NCBI GenBank assembly: GCA_963843845.1
Contig: CAWJMB010000002.1
Span: forward strand, 1,120,001-1,184,000
Reading direction: 5' to 3'
Source of the DNA: an uncultured Gemmatimonadaceae bacterium
GTDB lineage: Bacteria; Gemmatimonadota; Gemmatimonadetes; Gemmatimonadales; Gemmatimonadaceae
DNA: 64,000 nt
The position numbers and the translations under genes were made by a program. The notes below the pieces were generated by a model, which was not told the DNA's origin, searched no databases, and saw nothing but the letters and a program-made list of their open reading frames with translations. Below, piece by piece: positions 12,867-23,960 of this stretch (within the stretch, counting starts at the first letter, position 1; each line of letters starts with the position of its first letter).

Positions 12867-13868
12867 ATGACGACGTCTCTCGACCCGGCCCTCGTTACGC
12901 TCGACGCGCTGCGACACGCCGCGGCGCTGTTGCGCGGCGTGACCGTGCGCACGCCGCTCCTCTCCGCCGCCGACGTCGTGCCCGACGCCGGAGGCCGGGT
13001 GTGGGTGAAGCCCGAGATGCTGCAACGCGGCGGGGCGTTCAAGCTCCGCGGCGCGTACACGTTTCTCGCGAACCTCGACCCGACGGCGCGCGCGCGCGGC
13101 GTCGTCGCGCCGTCGTCGGGGAACCACGCGCAGGCCGTCGCGCTCGCCGCGCGCCTCTTCGGCGTCCCCGCCACGGTCGTCATGCCGGACACCGCGCCCG
13201 AGGCGAAGCGGGCCGGTGTCGTGCGATACGGTGGCACCGTCGTCGTCGTCGGGCCGAGCAGCGACGAGCGCGCCGCGCGCGCGGCGGAGATCGCGCGCGA
13301 GACGGGTGCGACGCTCGTGCCGCCGTACGACCACCCGTGGATCGTGACGGGGCAGGGAACCGTCGGCGTCGAGATCGCGGAGGACGTTCCGAACGTCCGC
13401 CTCGTCGTCGTGCCGGTCGGCGGCGGCGGGCTGCTCGCCGGCGTCGCGACCGCGATCAAGCTGCTCGCCCCGGACGCCCGCGTCGTCGGCGTCGAGCCGG
13501 CGGGGACCCCGAAGCTCTCGCGTGCGCGTGCGGCCGGGCGTCCCGTGACGCTCCCCTATGCAGGTGGCCTCGCCGACGGTCTGCTCACGGTGAGTGTCGG
13601 CGCCGTGCCGTTCGCGCACCACGAGGCGTACGTCGACGAGGTCGTCTCGGTCGACGACGCCGTCCTCCCGCGCGCACTCCGCGCGTTGCTCGACCGCATG
13701 AAGCTCGTCGCGGAGCCGAGCGGCGTGGTCACGCTCGCGGCGCTGCTGGAGGGAATCGTGCGCCCCGCGGCCGACGGCGACACGGTGGCGGTGCTGAGCG
13801 GCGGCAACATCGAGTGGCCCGGACTGCAGCGCGTGCTCGGCGCGTCAGGCACGTCGGGCGGGGCGTGA
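12867..13868 (+). CDS. PLP-dependent threonine/serine dehydratase or racemase family protein (no ACT domain)
   Basis: Motifs KPEMLQRGGAFKLRGA, SSGNHAQ, PVGGGGL, EPSG and SGGN. Confidence 0.92.
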   Translation: MTTSLDPALVTLDALRHAAALLRGVTVRTPLLSAADVVPDAGGRVWVKPEMLQRGGAFKLRGAYTFLANLDPTARARGVVAPSSGNHAQAVALAARLFGVPATVVMPDTAPEAKRAGVVRYGGTVVVVGPSSDERAARAAEIARETGATLVPPYDHPWIVTGQGTVGVEIAEDVPNVRLVVVPVGGGGLLAGVATAIKLLAPDARVVGVEPAGTPKLSRARAAGRPVTLPYAGGLADGLLTVSVGAVPFAHHEAYVDEVVSVDDAVLPRALRALLDRMKLVAEPSGVVTLAALLEGIVRPAADGDTVAVLSGGNIEWPGLQRVLGASGTSGGA

Positions 13869-15406
13869 GCGCGACCGTGCTCGGCGGACGACACGAGGCC
13901 GCGACGGGCGCGGGGATCAGCGACGCCGTCGCGCGGATCGTCGTCGTCGACGACGACCCGGGGATCGTGCAGAGTCTCACCTGGGTCCTCGAGGAGCACG
14001 GCTACGACGTCGTCGCGCTCACCGGCGGGGCGAGCCTGCTGAGCGAGCTGGCGCGCGACGACCTCGCCCCGCCCGATCTGCTGCTGCTCGACATCCTCAT
14101 GCCCGACGCGGACGGCATGCATCTCCTCGAGCGCGTGAAGAGCGAGCCGCGGTGGCACGACGTGCCGGTGCTCATGCTCTCGTCGGTGCCGCCCGAGGAG
14201 GCGACGGTGCGCGCGTTGGGCCTCGGCGCGGCGGACTTCATCCGGAAGCCATTCCGCGGGCGCGAGCTGATCGCGCGCGTGCAGGCGCAACTCCGCGCCG
14301 GCGCGATGCTCCGGGCGACCCGAGACGCGCTGCACCGCGCCGAGGACGACCTGCGCCGCGCGCGCGAGGAAGCCGACAGCCGCCGCAAGCTCGTCGACAT
14401 CCTGCACGAGGTCACCGGCGAGATCGGCGTGCACGAGGTCTACCAGGTGCTCGCACGGCGCGTGGCGCGCGCGCTCGCGGTCTCGCAGTGCTCGGTCATC
14501 CTCGCACGCCCCGGCGACGACGGGGGCACGATCGCGAGCGCCTTCGAGAACCCGAAGCTGCACGACGTGAAGCTCGCGCTCCGCGACTATCCGGAAGTGC
14601 GCGCGGCACTCGACGGCGGCGAGCCGGTGCTCCTCGCCGACGTCGCGACGAGCGACCTGTATCGCGGCCGCCCCACGCTCGACCTCACCGGCGCCGAGGT
14701 GCCGGTGCGCAGCGCGATCGCGCTGCCCTTCGCGATCGAAGGGGGGCAGACGGGCGTGTTCCTGCTGCGTCGCACGCGCGAGCAGCCGCCGTTGGGCCGC
14801 GACGACGTGTCGTTCGCGAGCGCGGTCATCAGCGCCGCGGTCGCCGCGGTGCAGCGCGCGCAGGTCATCGAGATGACGCGCGCCGACAACGTGCGCCTCA
14901 CGCACCTCGCGACGACCGACCCGCTGACCACGCTCCTCAACCGCCGCGCTCTCACGGAGAAGCTGCGCCGCGAGATGGAGCGCGCGCTGCGCGACGACTC
15001 GTCGGTCGCGCTGCTGCTCCTCGACCTCGACCACTTCAAGCGCGTCAACGACACCTACGGCCACCTCGTCGGCGACGACGTCTTGCGCGACATCGCAGGG
15101 CTGCTGCTGGCCGGCGTGCGCGGCGACGATTTCGTCGGTCGGTTCGGCGGCGAGGAGTTCCTCGTCGTCCTTCCCGACACCGACGACCCCGGCGCCGCCG
15201 CGTTCGCCGAGCGCATCCGCGAGCGGATCGACACGCACGCGTTCTCGGCGCACGACGCGGACGGCCAGCCGCTGCACATGACGGCGAGCATCGGGGTCGC
15301 GACGTTCCCGGCACCGGTCATCGAGAGCGTCGAGGACCTCTTCGCGCGCGCCGACGCGGCGCTGTATCGGGCGAAGGCGGACGGGCGGAACCGGGTGAGG
15401 ACCTGA
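13865..15406 (+). CDS. Diguanylate cyclase with REC-GAF-GGDEF architecture
   Basis: GTGA overlap with the upstream gene. REC (VVDDD, LLDILMP, KPF), central GAF-like region, DPLT, DLDHFKRVNDTYGH, RGDD I-site and GGEEF. Confidence 0.93.
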   Translation: MSATVLGGRHEAATGAGISDAVARIVVVDDDPGIVQSLTWVLEEHGYDVVALTGGASLLSELARDDLAPPDLLLLDILMPDADGMHLLERVKSEPRWHDVPVLMLSSVPPEEATVRALGLGAADFIRKPFRGRELIARVQAQLRAGAMLRATRDALHRAEDDLRRAREEADSRRKLVDILHEVTGEIGVHEVYQVLARRVARALAVSQCSVILARPGDDGGTIASAFENPKLHDVKLALRDYPEVRAALDGGEPVLLADVATSDLYRGRPTLDLTGAEVPVRSAIALPFAIEGGQTGVFLLRRTREQPPLGRDDVSFASAVISAAVAAVQRAQVIEMTRADNVRLTHLATTDPLTTLLNRRALTEKLRREMERALRDDSSVALLLLDLDHFKRVNDTYGHLVGDDVLRDIAGLLLAGVRGDDFVGRFGGEEFLVVLPDTDDPGAAAFAERIRERIDTHAFSAHDADGQPLHMTASIGVATFPAPVIESVEDLFARADAALYRAKADGRNRVRT

Positions 15407-15445
15407 GCCCCCGTCCCTCGTTCCGCTCGGGACGACCGACGGAGC

Positions 15446-15898
15446 TCAGCGCCCGATGAATCGCAGCTCGACCATCAGGCAGCGATCCTGCACCACGTCG
15501 ATTCCTTCGCGCGCGAGTCGCTCGGCGACGTCGTCGTCGCGAATGCCGGACTGCAGCCAGACGGCCTTCGGGCGCTTCGCGACGATGTCGTCGACGTGCT
15601 GCGCGACGTCGCGCGAGCGACGGAAGACGTTCACGAGATCGATCTCGCCCGGCACGTCCGCGAGTCGGCGATAGACCGGCGCCCCGAGGATCTCCGTGAC
15701 GTCGGGATAGTAGACCGGCACCGGGACGATCTCGTAGCCAGCCTGCTGCACGTAGCGCGGCACATAGTACGCCGGCTGTCCCGACTCGGCCGTCTTGATG
15801 CCGAGCACCGCCACCCGGCGCGTGCGCTCGAGCAGCGCGCGGAGTGCATCGTCACGCGTGATGAGGTGCGAGCGCCAGTCGTCAGTGTCTGTCGTCAT
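15446..15898 (-). CDS. CoA-binding protein (YccU-like)
   Basis: Motifs VAVLG, IDLVNVFRRS, KAVWLQSGI and VVQDRCLMVE. Confidence 0.9.
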   Translation of the reverse strand: MTTDTDDWRSHLITRDDALRALLERTRRVAVLGIKTAESGQPAYYVPRYVQQAGYEIVPVPVYYPDVTEILGAPVYRRLADVPGEIDLVNVFRRSRDVAQHVDDIVAKRPKAVWLQSGIRDDDVAERLAREGIDVVQDRCLMVELRFIGR

Positions 15899-16029
15899 GT
15901 AGGGCGCTCATGCGAAGACCGTGCTACGCGCCCCATTCACCGGCCCGGTCGCGCTCGGGGCGTTGGCGCCCCTTCGCTCCGGCGCGTTACCTTTGCCGCT
16001 CTCCACCGCTCGCCAGAGGCTCGTTCTCC

Positions 16030-17205
16030 ATGCGAATGCTCGTCCTCGGCGCGGGGCTGCAAGGTGCGGCCTGCGCGCTCGACCTGCTCCAGAATCCCGA
16101 CGTCGACGTCGTGCGGCTCGCGGACCTCAACGTGTCGCGTCTGCCGGCGTTCCTCGCGCCGTACACCGACCCGCAGACCCTCGCCGGCACCGCACCGCGA
16201 CTCCTCCCGACCCCGCTCGACGCGAAGGACACGGAGGCGGTTCGTGCGCTCATGCGACAGAGCGATGCCGTGATGAGCGCGCTGCCGTACTACCTCAACG
16301 GCCCGCTGGCGCGCCACGCCATCGAATGCGGCGCGCACTTCTGCGACCTCGGGGGGAACACGCAGATCGTGTTCGAGCAGAAAGCGATGGATGGCGAGGC
16401 GAAGGCGGCCGACGTCTCGGTGATCCCGGACTGCGGGCTCGCGCCGGGGATGGTCAACATCCTCGCCCAGCACGGCATCGATCTGCTCGAAGCCGACGGC
16501 GCGCGCGTGACCTCGGTGCGCATCTACGTCGGCGGGCTCCCGCAGCAGCCGGAGCCGCCGCTGAACTACCAGATCGTCTACTCCCTGGAAGGGGTGCTCG
16601 ACTACTACACCACGCAGTCGTCGATCGTGCGCGACGGTGCGCAGCAGCCCGTCACGGCGCTCAGTGAGATCGAGGCCGTGGACTTCGGCGAAGGCCTCGG
16701 AACGCTCGAGGCGTTCCACACGGCCGGCGGGCTGTCGACGATGGGGCATCGGTACACCGGCCGCATCCCGACCATGGAGTACAAGACGCTCCGCTACCCG
16801 GGTCACGCGCAGATCATGGAAGCGATCCGCGACCTCGGCTTCTTCGGACTCGAGCCGGTCGAGGTGAAAGGGCAGCGCGTCGTCCCGCGCGACGTCGCGC
16901 TCGCCGTGATGGGACCGCGCCTCACGAAACCACACGGACGCGATCTCGTCGCGCTGCGCGTGGTCGTCGAGGGCGACGTCGGCGGCTCGACCGTCTCGCG
17001 CGGCTGGGAGCTGATCGATCGCTACGACGCGGAACGAGGCGTCAGCGCGATGATGCGCACGACCGGGTATTCGTTGTCGATCACCGGTCAGCTACAGGCC
17101 GCGCGTGTGATTCCGTCAGGCGTCTGCACGCCCGACGAATGCGTTCCGGCCGAGCGGTACGTGGCCGAACTCGCGAGGCGCGGCATCGCGATCACCGCGA
17201 TCTGA
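16030..17205 (+). CDS. Saccharopine dehydrogenase / lysine 6-dehydrogenase family protein
   Basis: Motifs VLGAGLQG, DLGGN, DCGLAPG, YKTLRYPGH and SAMMRTTG. Confidence 0.88.
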   Translation: MRMLVLGAGLQGAACALDLLQNPDVDVVRLADLNVSRLPAFLAPYTDPQTLAGTAPRLLPTPLDAKDTEAVRALMRQSDAVMSALPYYLNGPLARHAIECGAHFCDLGGNTQIVFEQKAMDGEAKAADVSVIPDCGLAPGMVNILAQHGIDLLEADGARVTSVRIYVGGLPQQPEPPLNYQIVYSLEGVLDYYTTQSSIVRDGAQQPVTALSEIEAVDFGEGLGTLEAFHTAGGLSTMGHRYTGRIPTMEYKTLRYPGHAQIMEAIRDLGFFGLEPVEVKGQRVVPRDVALAVMGPRLTKPHGRDLVALRVVVEGDVGGSTVSRGWELIDRYDAERGVSAMMRTTGYSLSITGQLQAARVIPSGVCTPDECVPAERYVAELARRGIAITAI

Positions 17206-17248
17206 ATTCCGCGCTGTGCCCGTGTCGTCCTGATCCGGAGGAGCCGGA

Positions 17249-18823
17249 TCACCGCGAGAATGCCGCCATCGTCGCCCCCATCGCGTCGATCGTCGCGCGG
17301 GCGTTCCAGCGATCGCGCCCGTTGAACAGGAACGCGAACGCGAGCACCTCGCCGTTCTCCGCGGTCGTGTAGCCGCCCAACGCGACCACGTCGTTCGTCG
17401 TCCCGGTCTTCGCGTGCAGGTTTCCCTGCGCCGGGGTGGCGCGCATGCGGGCACGCATGAGCGCGGACTCCCCGGCGACCGGGAGTGAGGCGTGAAACGT
17501 CGACGCCCACGGCGCGCGGTGCGCGTAGCCGAGCATGTGCACCATCGCGCGCGGCGTCACGCGATCGAGCACGGAGAGCCCGCTTCCGTCGGAGACGGAG
17601 ACGGCTGTCGCCGGGACACCCGCCTTCGACGTGAGGAACTGTTGCAGCAGGGTGTTTCCCGATTCGGCCGAGCCTGGGGCGTTGCGCTGCGGGCCGCGGA
17701 CGGCGTTGCGAAAGATCAGTTCCGCGTAGTGGTTGATGCTCTCGCGATTCATCGTCGCGAGCAGGTCGCCGAGCGGCGCCGACTTGTGCGACGCGACGAT
17801 CGTTGCAGTCGGCGGCGTGGTGCCGACCCGCAGCGCGCCGTCGACGGTGATCCCTCTCCCGGCGAGCGCGGCGCGCAGCGCACCGGCGGTGAACGTGGCC
17901 GGGTCGGCCACGACGAGCTGGAGGCGCTTCACCGCGGCACGCCGACCGATGGTGCCGCGGGCGACGACGTCGCCGTCCGCCGAACGGTAGACGCGCAGTG
18001 CGGAGCCGCCGCCGCCCGACACGCGCACGGAGTTCTGCACCGTCATCCCGGTCGTGGCTGGCTCGAGCAGCACTCGGCCGTCGGGATGGATGGCCACGAC
18101 GACGATGTTCTCGTTCAGCGACAGCGCGGAGAACGGCGCCGCGTACCCCGAGCCGGCGTAGCGCGACAGCCATCCTTCCGGAATCGTGCGCGACTCGAAC
18201 GCGCTCGCGTCGGCGACGAGGTCACCGGTCACACGCCGCAGCCCCGACGCCGCGATCTGCTCGGCCAGCACCTGCAGCGGTGCGTCGAGGCCGCTTCCCG
18301 GCACCCACCGGCGCGAGAAGCCGGGGTCGCCGTCGCCGCGCATGTAGAGATTCCCTCGCAGTGTGCCATCGGTGCCCATCACGCCGTCGCGCAGCACGTC
18401 CGTGCTGAACTGCCAGTTCGGACCGAGCCGGTCGAGCGCGAGCACCGACGTGAACATCTTGAGCGTCGACGCCGGCACGCGCGGCTCGTCGGGCGCCATC
18501 GCGAACAGCGTGTCACCGCGCGTCAGCGAGACGACCATCGCCCCCCACTGCCCCGCGTCGCGCCGCGTGAGAATCGCGCCGAGGTCGCTCGAGAGCGCGC
18601 TCGCGCTGCGGGGCCGCGTCCAGCCAGGCGCCTGCGCGGCGGCCGGTGTGCGCGGCTGCGCCCGTCGTGTCGTCGGGCGGCGGGTCGTGCTCCGCGGAGT
18701 CGCACGCTTCGCCCCCGTCGACTGCTGCGCGAGCAGCACGCCATGCGCCAGCGGGTCGGGAACGAGAGCGCTCGCCGCGAGCAGCGAGGTCGCGAGCGAT
18801 CGAATGCATCGAGAGAACGTCAT
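17249..18823 (-). CDS. dacB: D-alanyl-D-alanine carboxypeptidase/endopeptidase (PBP4, peptidase S13)
   Basis: Signal peptide, PASTLK (SxxK), SIN (SxN), DGSGLS and AKTGT. Confidence 0.93.
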   Translation of the reverse strand: MTFSRCIRSLATSLLAASALVPDPLAHGVLLAQQSTGAKRATPRSTTRRPTTRRAQPRTPAAAQAPGWTRPRSASALSSDLGAILTRRDAGQWGAMVVSLTRGDTLFAMAPDEPRVPASTLKMFTSVLALDRLGPNWQFSTDVLRDGVMGTDGTLRGNLYMRGDGDPGFSRRWVPGSGLDAPLQVLAEQIAASGLRRVTGDLVADASAFESRTIPEGWLSRYAGSGYAAPFSALSLNENIVVVAIHPDGRVLLEPATTGMTVQNSVRVSGGGGSALRVYRSADGDVVARGTIGRRAAVKRLQLVVADPATFTAGALRAALAGRGITVDGALRVGTTPPTATIVASHKSAPLGDLLATMNRESINHYAELIFRNAVRGPQRNAPGSAESGNTLLQQFLTSKAGVPATAVSVSDGSGLSVLDRVTPRAMVHMLGYAHRAPWASTFHASLPVAGESALMRARMRATPAQGNLHAKTGTTNDVVALGGYTTAENGEVLAFAFLFNGRDRWNARATIDAMGATMAAFSR

Positions 18824-18872
18824 GCCGGTCGATCAGGGCAACACACGTTCCAGCGACGCGTCGGCGCCGGCG

Positions 18873-20168
18873 TCAGACCTTGAAGATGATTCCCCGTCGC
18901 AGCGCCGTCCGCAGCAGCAGGTAGAACGCGCCGACGAAGCAGAGCGCGAAGAGCAGCGACGCGTTGCGTGGCGCGAGCCCGAGCTTCACGAACGTCTGGT
19001 AGGCCACGTCGACGGGGGACACGCGCCGGCCGTCGTACGTCACGCGCGCGATCGAGTAGATGCAGCGCGCGACGAGTCCCGAGCCGACGAACGCGAGCAT
19101 GGGGTTCAGCCCGAACGGCAGGAACGGCGCCGTCCAGCGCGACCACCGCTGCACGTCGACGAGCCAGATGATCGTCGCCAGCGCGACGCTCGCCATGCCC
19201 GCCGTGAACAGCGTGTACGAGCTGGTCCAGAGCGACTTGTTGATCGGGAACGACCAGTGCCACATCAGCCCGAGCATCATCCCGAGCGCGCCGGCCGCGA
19301 ACATCCCGGTCAGCCGCTCGTGGATGTCGCGGTCGCGCCGCCCGAGCCACCGCCCGCACAGATTGCCGAGCATCGCCGTCCCGGCGGCGGGGATCGTCGA
19401 GAGCAGCCCCTCGGGGTCGCGCAGCCCGCCGCCGCCTGACCAGAGGTGGTTCGGTGTGAGCAGCGTGCGGTCGAGCCACGCGTCGAGCGTCGCTCCGGGC
19501 GTGCCCAGCGCGAGCTGCCCGACGATCCCGCTCCCCGGCACCGGCACGAGCGTCATGAGGAACCAGTAGCCGTAGAGCATCCCGGCGAGCAGCACGACCT
19601 GCTGCTTCACGGTCGTTCGCAGTGTGAGCAGGGCGGCGATCACGTACGCGACGCCGATGCGCTGCAGCACGCCCATGACGCGCAGATGCTCCAGCCGATA
19701 CACCACGCGGTCGGCGAACGCCGGCGTCGCGTTCCCCGGGATGTCCGTCCACTGAAAGCCGGGAAACCAGCTGAGGAAGAGGCCGAACAGGAAGATCAGC
19801 GCGCCGCGCCGCACGATCTGCCGCACGACGTCGCTCTCGTCCGCGCCCTGCATGCGCCGCGCGCCTAACGACAAGGACGTCGTGATCCCGGCGATGAACA
19901 GGAAGAAGGGGAAGATCAGGTCGGTCGGCGTCCACCCGTGCCACTCGGCGTGCTCGAGCGGCGGGTAGATCGCGCTCCACGAGCCGGGGTTGTTGACGAG
20001 CAGCATCCCCGCGACCGTCAAGCCCCGGAAGACGTCCAGCGACGCGAGGCGCTCACGACGCGGCGCGTCGGTCTGGTGGGTCCGCTGCGCGGTCGGCGGC
20101 GTCGTCGGCGTGGGGACGCGCTCGGTCGACGCCAGCCGGTCGTCGTGGGGCGGCACCATCGTCGTCAT
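18873..20168 (-). CDS. HGSNAT/NagX-like integral membrane acyltransferase
   Basis: Motifs [46 protein letters not shown] and [11 protein letters not shown]. Confidence 0.9.
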   Translation of the reverse strand: MTTMVPPHDDRLASTERVPTPTTPPTAQRTHQTDAPRRERLASLDVFRGLTVAGMLLVNNPGSWSAIYPPLEHAEWHGWTPTDLIFPFFLFIAGITTSLSLGARRMQGADESDVVRQIVRRGALIFLFGLFLSWFPGFQWTDIPGNATPAFADRVVYRLEHLRVMGVLQRIGVAYVIAALLTLRTTVKQQVVLLAGMLYGYWFLMTLVPVPGSGIVGQLALGTPGATLDAWLDRTLLTPNHLWSGGGGLRDPEGLLSTIPAAGTAMLGNLCGRWLGRRDRDIHERLTGMFAAGALGMMLGLMWHWSFPINKSLWTSSYTLFTAGMASVALATIIWLVDVQRWSRWTAPFLPFGLNPMLAFVGSGLVARCIYSIARVTYDGRRVSPVDVAYQTFVKLGLAPRNASLLFALCFVGAFYLLLRTALRRGIIFKV

Positions 20169-20320
20169 GTGGTCGGCTCCGGGTCGGCAGGAGCGAGCGG
20201 AATGCGCATCGTCGGAAGCTGCCGGAGCGGTCGGACCTTGTCGAGGGCGCTCTTGCGCACGCTGGTCCGGGTCGCACATTGCGCCGGAGGCTCGCTCACC
20301 TACCAGGTACGGAGAGGCGC

Positions 20321-20817
20321 ATGCTCGAGCAGCATCGGACGCTACGCGAGGGAATCGTCGCCGGACTGCTCGGTGCGACGGCGGTCGCCGTGTGGTTTCT
20401 CGTCGTCGACACGATCGCTGGTCGCCCGTTCCTCACGCCGGCGATGCTCGGCGCGTCGCTCACGACGTTGTTCGGCGGGACGGGTACCGGGTCGACGGCG
20501 GCGTACGTGCTCGGCTACACCGCCTTCCACTGCTGGCGTTCGCGCTCGTCGGCCTGATCTTCTCCGCCGTCGTGAACAACGCCGAGAACGAGCCGTCGCT
20601 GTTGATCGGCTTCCTGATTCTGTTCGTGGCGTTCGAGGTCGGCTGGTACGGCTGGACGGCGCTGCTCGCGCGGCCGGAGAGCTTCGGGCAGCTCGCCTGG
20701 TACCAGGTGCTCGTCGCGAACCTGATCGCGGCGGGAGCGATGGGCGGGTACCTGTTCCGGCGGCATGCGACGTTGCCACGCCGGTTCCTGTCGTCGCTCG
20801 CCGGGGACGAGGCGTGA
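20321..20817 (+). CDS. Small multi-pass membrane protein (frameshift near 20530)
   Basis: GGAGAGG SD then [15 protein letters not shown]. The hydrophobic sequence continues in another frame ([15 protein letters not shown]...). Confidence 0.65.
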
Positions 20818-20827
20818 CGCGCGCCGG

Positions 20828-22611
20828 CTAGGTCCGGAACTCCTGCACCATCCCGTGCACGCGGATCGCCCCCGCCTGTAACAGCTCCGCCGTCGCCGAG
20901 ACCTGCTGCACACTCGCCGCCGTCTCCTCGGTCGACGCCGCCACCTCCTCGGCCGCCGCGGCGTGCGACGCGGCGGCATCGCGCGCACTGGCCAGCGCCT
21001 CCTCGACCGCGGCGAGCGCGGCGCGGTTGTCGGCGACCATCCCGTTCACCCGCGCCGAGGCGGCTTCGACCCTCGCGACCGCCTGCTCGATGCGCGCGAG
21101 CGCCGTCGTGGCGCCGTTCGCGACCGTCTCGGCGTCACGCAGTCGGGTGCGACCCGTCTCCGTGGCGGCGGTCGCGCTGGCGACGCGGGCGCGGATGCGG
21201 CGCACGTTCTCCGCGACCTCGTCCGCGGCGCGAGCGCTCTGCTCGGCGAGCGTGCGCACCTCCTGGGCGACGACCGCGAACCCGCGCCCCGCCGAGCCCG
21301 CGCGTGCCGCCTCGATCGCCGCGTTCAGCGCGAGCAGGTTCGTCTGCGACGCGATCTCACTGATGACCGACGCGAAGTCGTCGACGACGGCGGCCGCCTC
21401 GCGGAGCGAGCTCATCTCGCGCGACGACTCGTCGACGACGGTGCGGGCGCTCGAACAGCGCGTCGAGCGCGCGCGAGATCTCGGCGCGCGTCGCCGTCGC
21501 CGTCGTGCGGATGTCGCGCCCGGCCTGCTCCTGCTCGCCTGCCGCCCCGGCGATCGCGGCGCTCTGCTCGGCGAGCTGGGTCATCGCCGCGCTCGCCGAG
21601 TGCAACGCGTCGAGCTGGACGGCGGCGCCGGTCGAGATCTCGGTGACGGCGCCCGTCACGTGGTGCGTCGACGCGGCGGCGCCCGTCGCGCTCGCAGCGA
21701 GCTCCGACGCCGCGCCGGTCACCTGATCGGCCTCCTGCTGCACGCTCGCGAGCAGTGTGCGCAGGCGGTCGCGCGCGCCGTCGATCGCGTGTGCGAGCGC
21801 GAGGTACTCCTCTGCGGGGCGGTCGGCGGCCATCCAGTGCGCCAGGTCGTGCTCCTCGGTGGAGCCGAGCAGCGAGGCGGCGCGCGTCGACGCGTCGCGG
21901 AGGTCGCCGGCGCCGATCGCCGCGGTCTCCCGGCCGAACGCGGCGAGCGGGCGCAGTCACCGCGCGCGAGGTCGCCGCGCTGAAGAACGCCGCCACGGCG
22001 AGCGTCGCGGCGAGCACCGCGGCGAGGAGCAGCTCGCGCTGCCGCAGCTCGGCGCTCGTCTCCGCGTCGCGCACGGCCGTCCGCGTCGCGGCCGCAGCGC
22101 GCAGCCGGCCGAGCTCCTCCTGCACGGCGTCGACGTCCTTCGCGGTGGCGGCGAGCATGCGTCGCGCATCGTCGCCGCGGCCGAGCGTTCGCCACGCGCG
22201 CGCGACGGCGAGGCGCGCCTCGAACGCACTCTGGATCCGCCCGACGGACTCGAGTCGCTGCCGCTCGTCGCTCCCGAGCTGCTCGAGACGAATCGCCGAG
22301 CGGCGCAGCGCGTCGGCCTCCTCGACGAGGCCGACATAGCGCCGTTCGTCGGCGGCGTCACCCGAGTCGACGAAGCGCGTGCCGGCGACGATCTCGCGGA
22401 GAACCGTGGTCACGACCTGCTGTACCGTCTCGTACTCCTCGATCAGCTGCTCCGCGTTCGCCGAGTTGCGACGATTCGCGTCGCGGAGCGCGGCGACGCA
22501 GAGGGCGCCCGCGAGCGCGAGGAGACAGAGCGTCGCGCCGAAGCCGGTGCGCAGCAGCCCGCCGATCGTCCGCGGTCGGATCGGCTCGAGAACGCGCTCG
22601 GCGGCCGTCAT
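20828..22611 (-). CDS. Methyl-accepting chemotaxis protein (several frameshifts)
   Basis: TM1, periplasmic helical domain, TM2, and the signalling hairpin [35 protein letters not shown]. Segments lie in different frames. Confidence 0.88.
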
Positions 22612-23792
22612 CGTTCGGCGATCCGAACGCGACCGGCGATCGTGACGATCGACACCGATCGGTCGCGCGCATCGTGCTTCTCGTCGAACGCGATCGTTCC
22701 GGTGGCGCCGGCGATGCCCGGCGACGTGCGACCCGACGCCGGCGAGCCAGTCCCGGATCCGCGTGCGATCGCGCCCCACCGCGATGACCGCGTGGCCGAG
22801 CACGAGGGCGGCGTCGTAGGCGAGCGCGGCGCGCGGCGGTCGGCGCCTCGTGCCAGCGCGCGCTGGTACGCGGCGACGAACGCTGCCGCCTGCGCCGTGC
22901 GCGGCGCGCGCGCCGCGTCGTACGGTGTGGCGAACCTCGCGCCGGCGAACTCGGGCTGCGCGGCGAGCGGCGCGACCGCGTCACCGCCGACGAACGAGGC
23001 GGTCCCGCCGCCGCGTCGGTACGCGCGCAGGAAGTCGGCGGCGTCGTCGGCGCTGCCGGGGAACAGCACGGCGTCGGCGCCGTGCGCCGCGTGTACGCCG
23101 AGATCGCCTCCCATTCGGTGATGCCCGGTGACGTACGGGTCGCGCTGCACCACCGTGCCGCCTCGCGCCCGGAACGCCGCCACGAACGCCGCCGTCCAGT
23201 CGCGGCCGTACGAGTCGTTGCGGTAGACGATCGCCGCGCGGCGCGCGCCGAGCGAGTCGGCGAGGTACGCCGCGGTGGCGGCGCTGATCGCCGCGTCGCT
23301 CGGCGTGACGCGGAAGAGCCAGGGGCTACGGCCGGTCAGCGCGATGCTCGTCGCGGTCGGCGTGATCGCGACGAGCGCGCGCAGGCCGCCATGATCGAGG
23401 TCCTCGAACACCGGGACCGCGTCGAGCGTCCGGCCGCTCTCGGCGTCGCCGACGATGCCGACGACGGTCGGGTCGTCGCGCAGCAGCTGCGGCGACCTTC
23501 ACGGCGCTGCGACGTTCGTCGGTGGAACGCGTGTCACGAAGCGCAGCCCTGCCGACCGCGCGGCCACGTCGCTCGACGAGCGCCTCGGCGGCGAGCGCCG
23601 TGCCGCGCGCGATCTCCTCCATGCCGGCGCGCTGCGGGTTGAACGCGACGCCGATGACGACGGCGCCGCTGTCGGCGGACGACGTGGCGCCGCGCCTCCG
23701 CAGCCGCCGAGTGCGGCGGCGGACGAGCAGGAGCGGAGCAAGCGGGAAGGCGAGGCATGCGGCAGTTGAAGGCGGCGAAGGACATGGATCAC
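22608..23792 (-). CDS. Leu/Ile/Val-type (LivJ-like) substrate-binding lipoprotein (frameshifted, start approximate)
   Basis: Motifs ITPTATSIALT..SPWLFRVTPSD, AAIVYRNDSYG and GATGTIAFD. Lipobox-like LGGC near the N-terminus. Confidence 0.8.
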
Positions 23793-23960
23793 GACAGACT
23801 CCGACTGCGCTCACGCAGAAACGCGGCGCGATCCAGCGCGCTTCACGCGTTGCTTGCTTCCGCCGGAACGCGCCGGTTAGGTTTGCGGAGCTTCACGCCG
23901 ACCTCGCCGGCGCCAAAGACCCGGAGGCGCCCCGACCTGTCGCACCTCAGGACGAATGGC

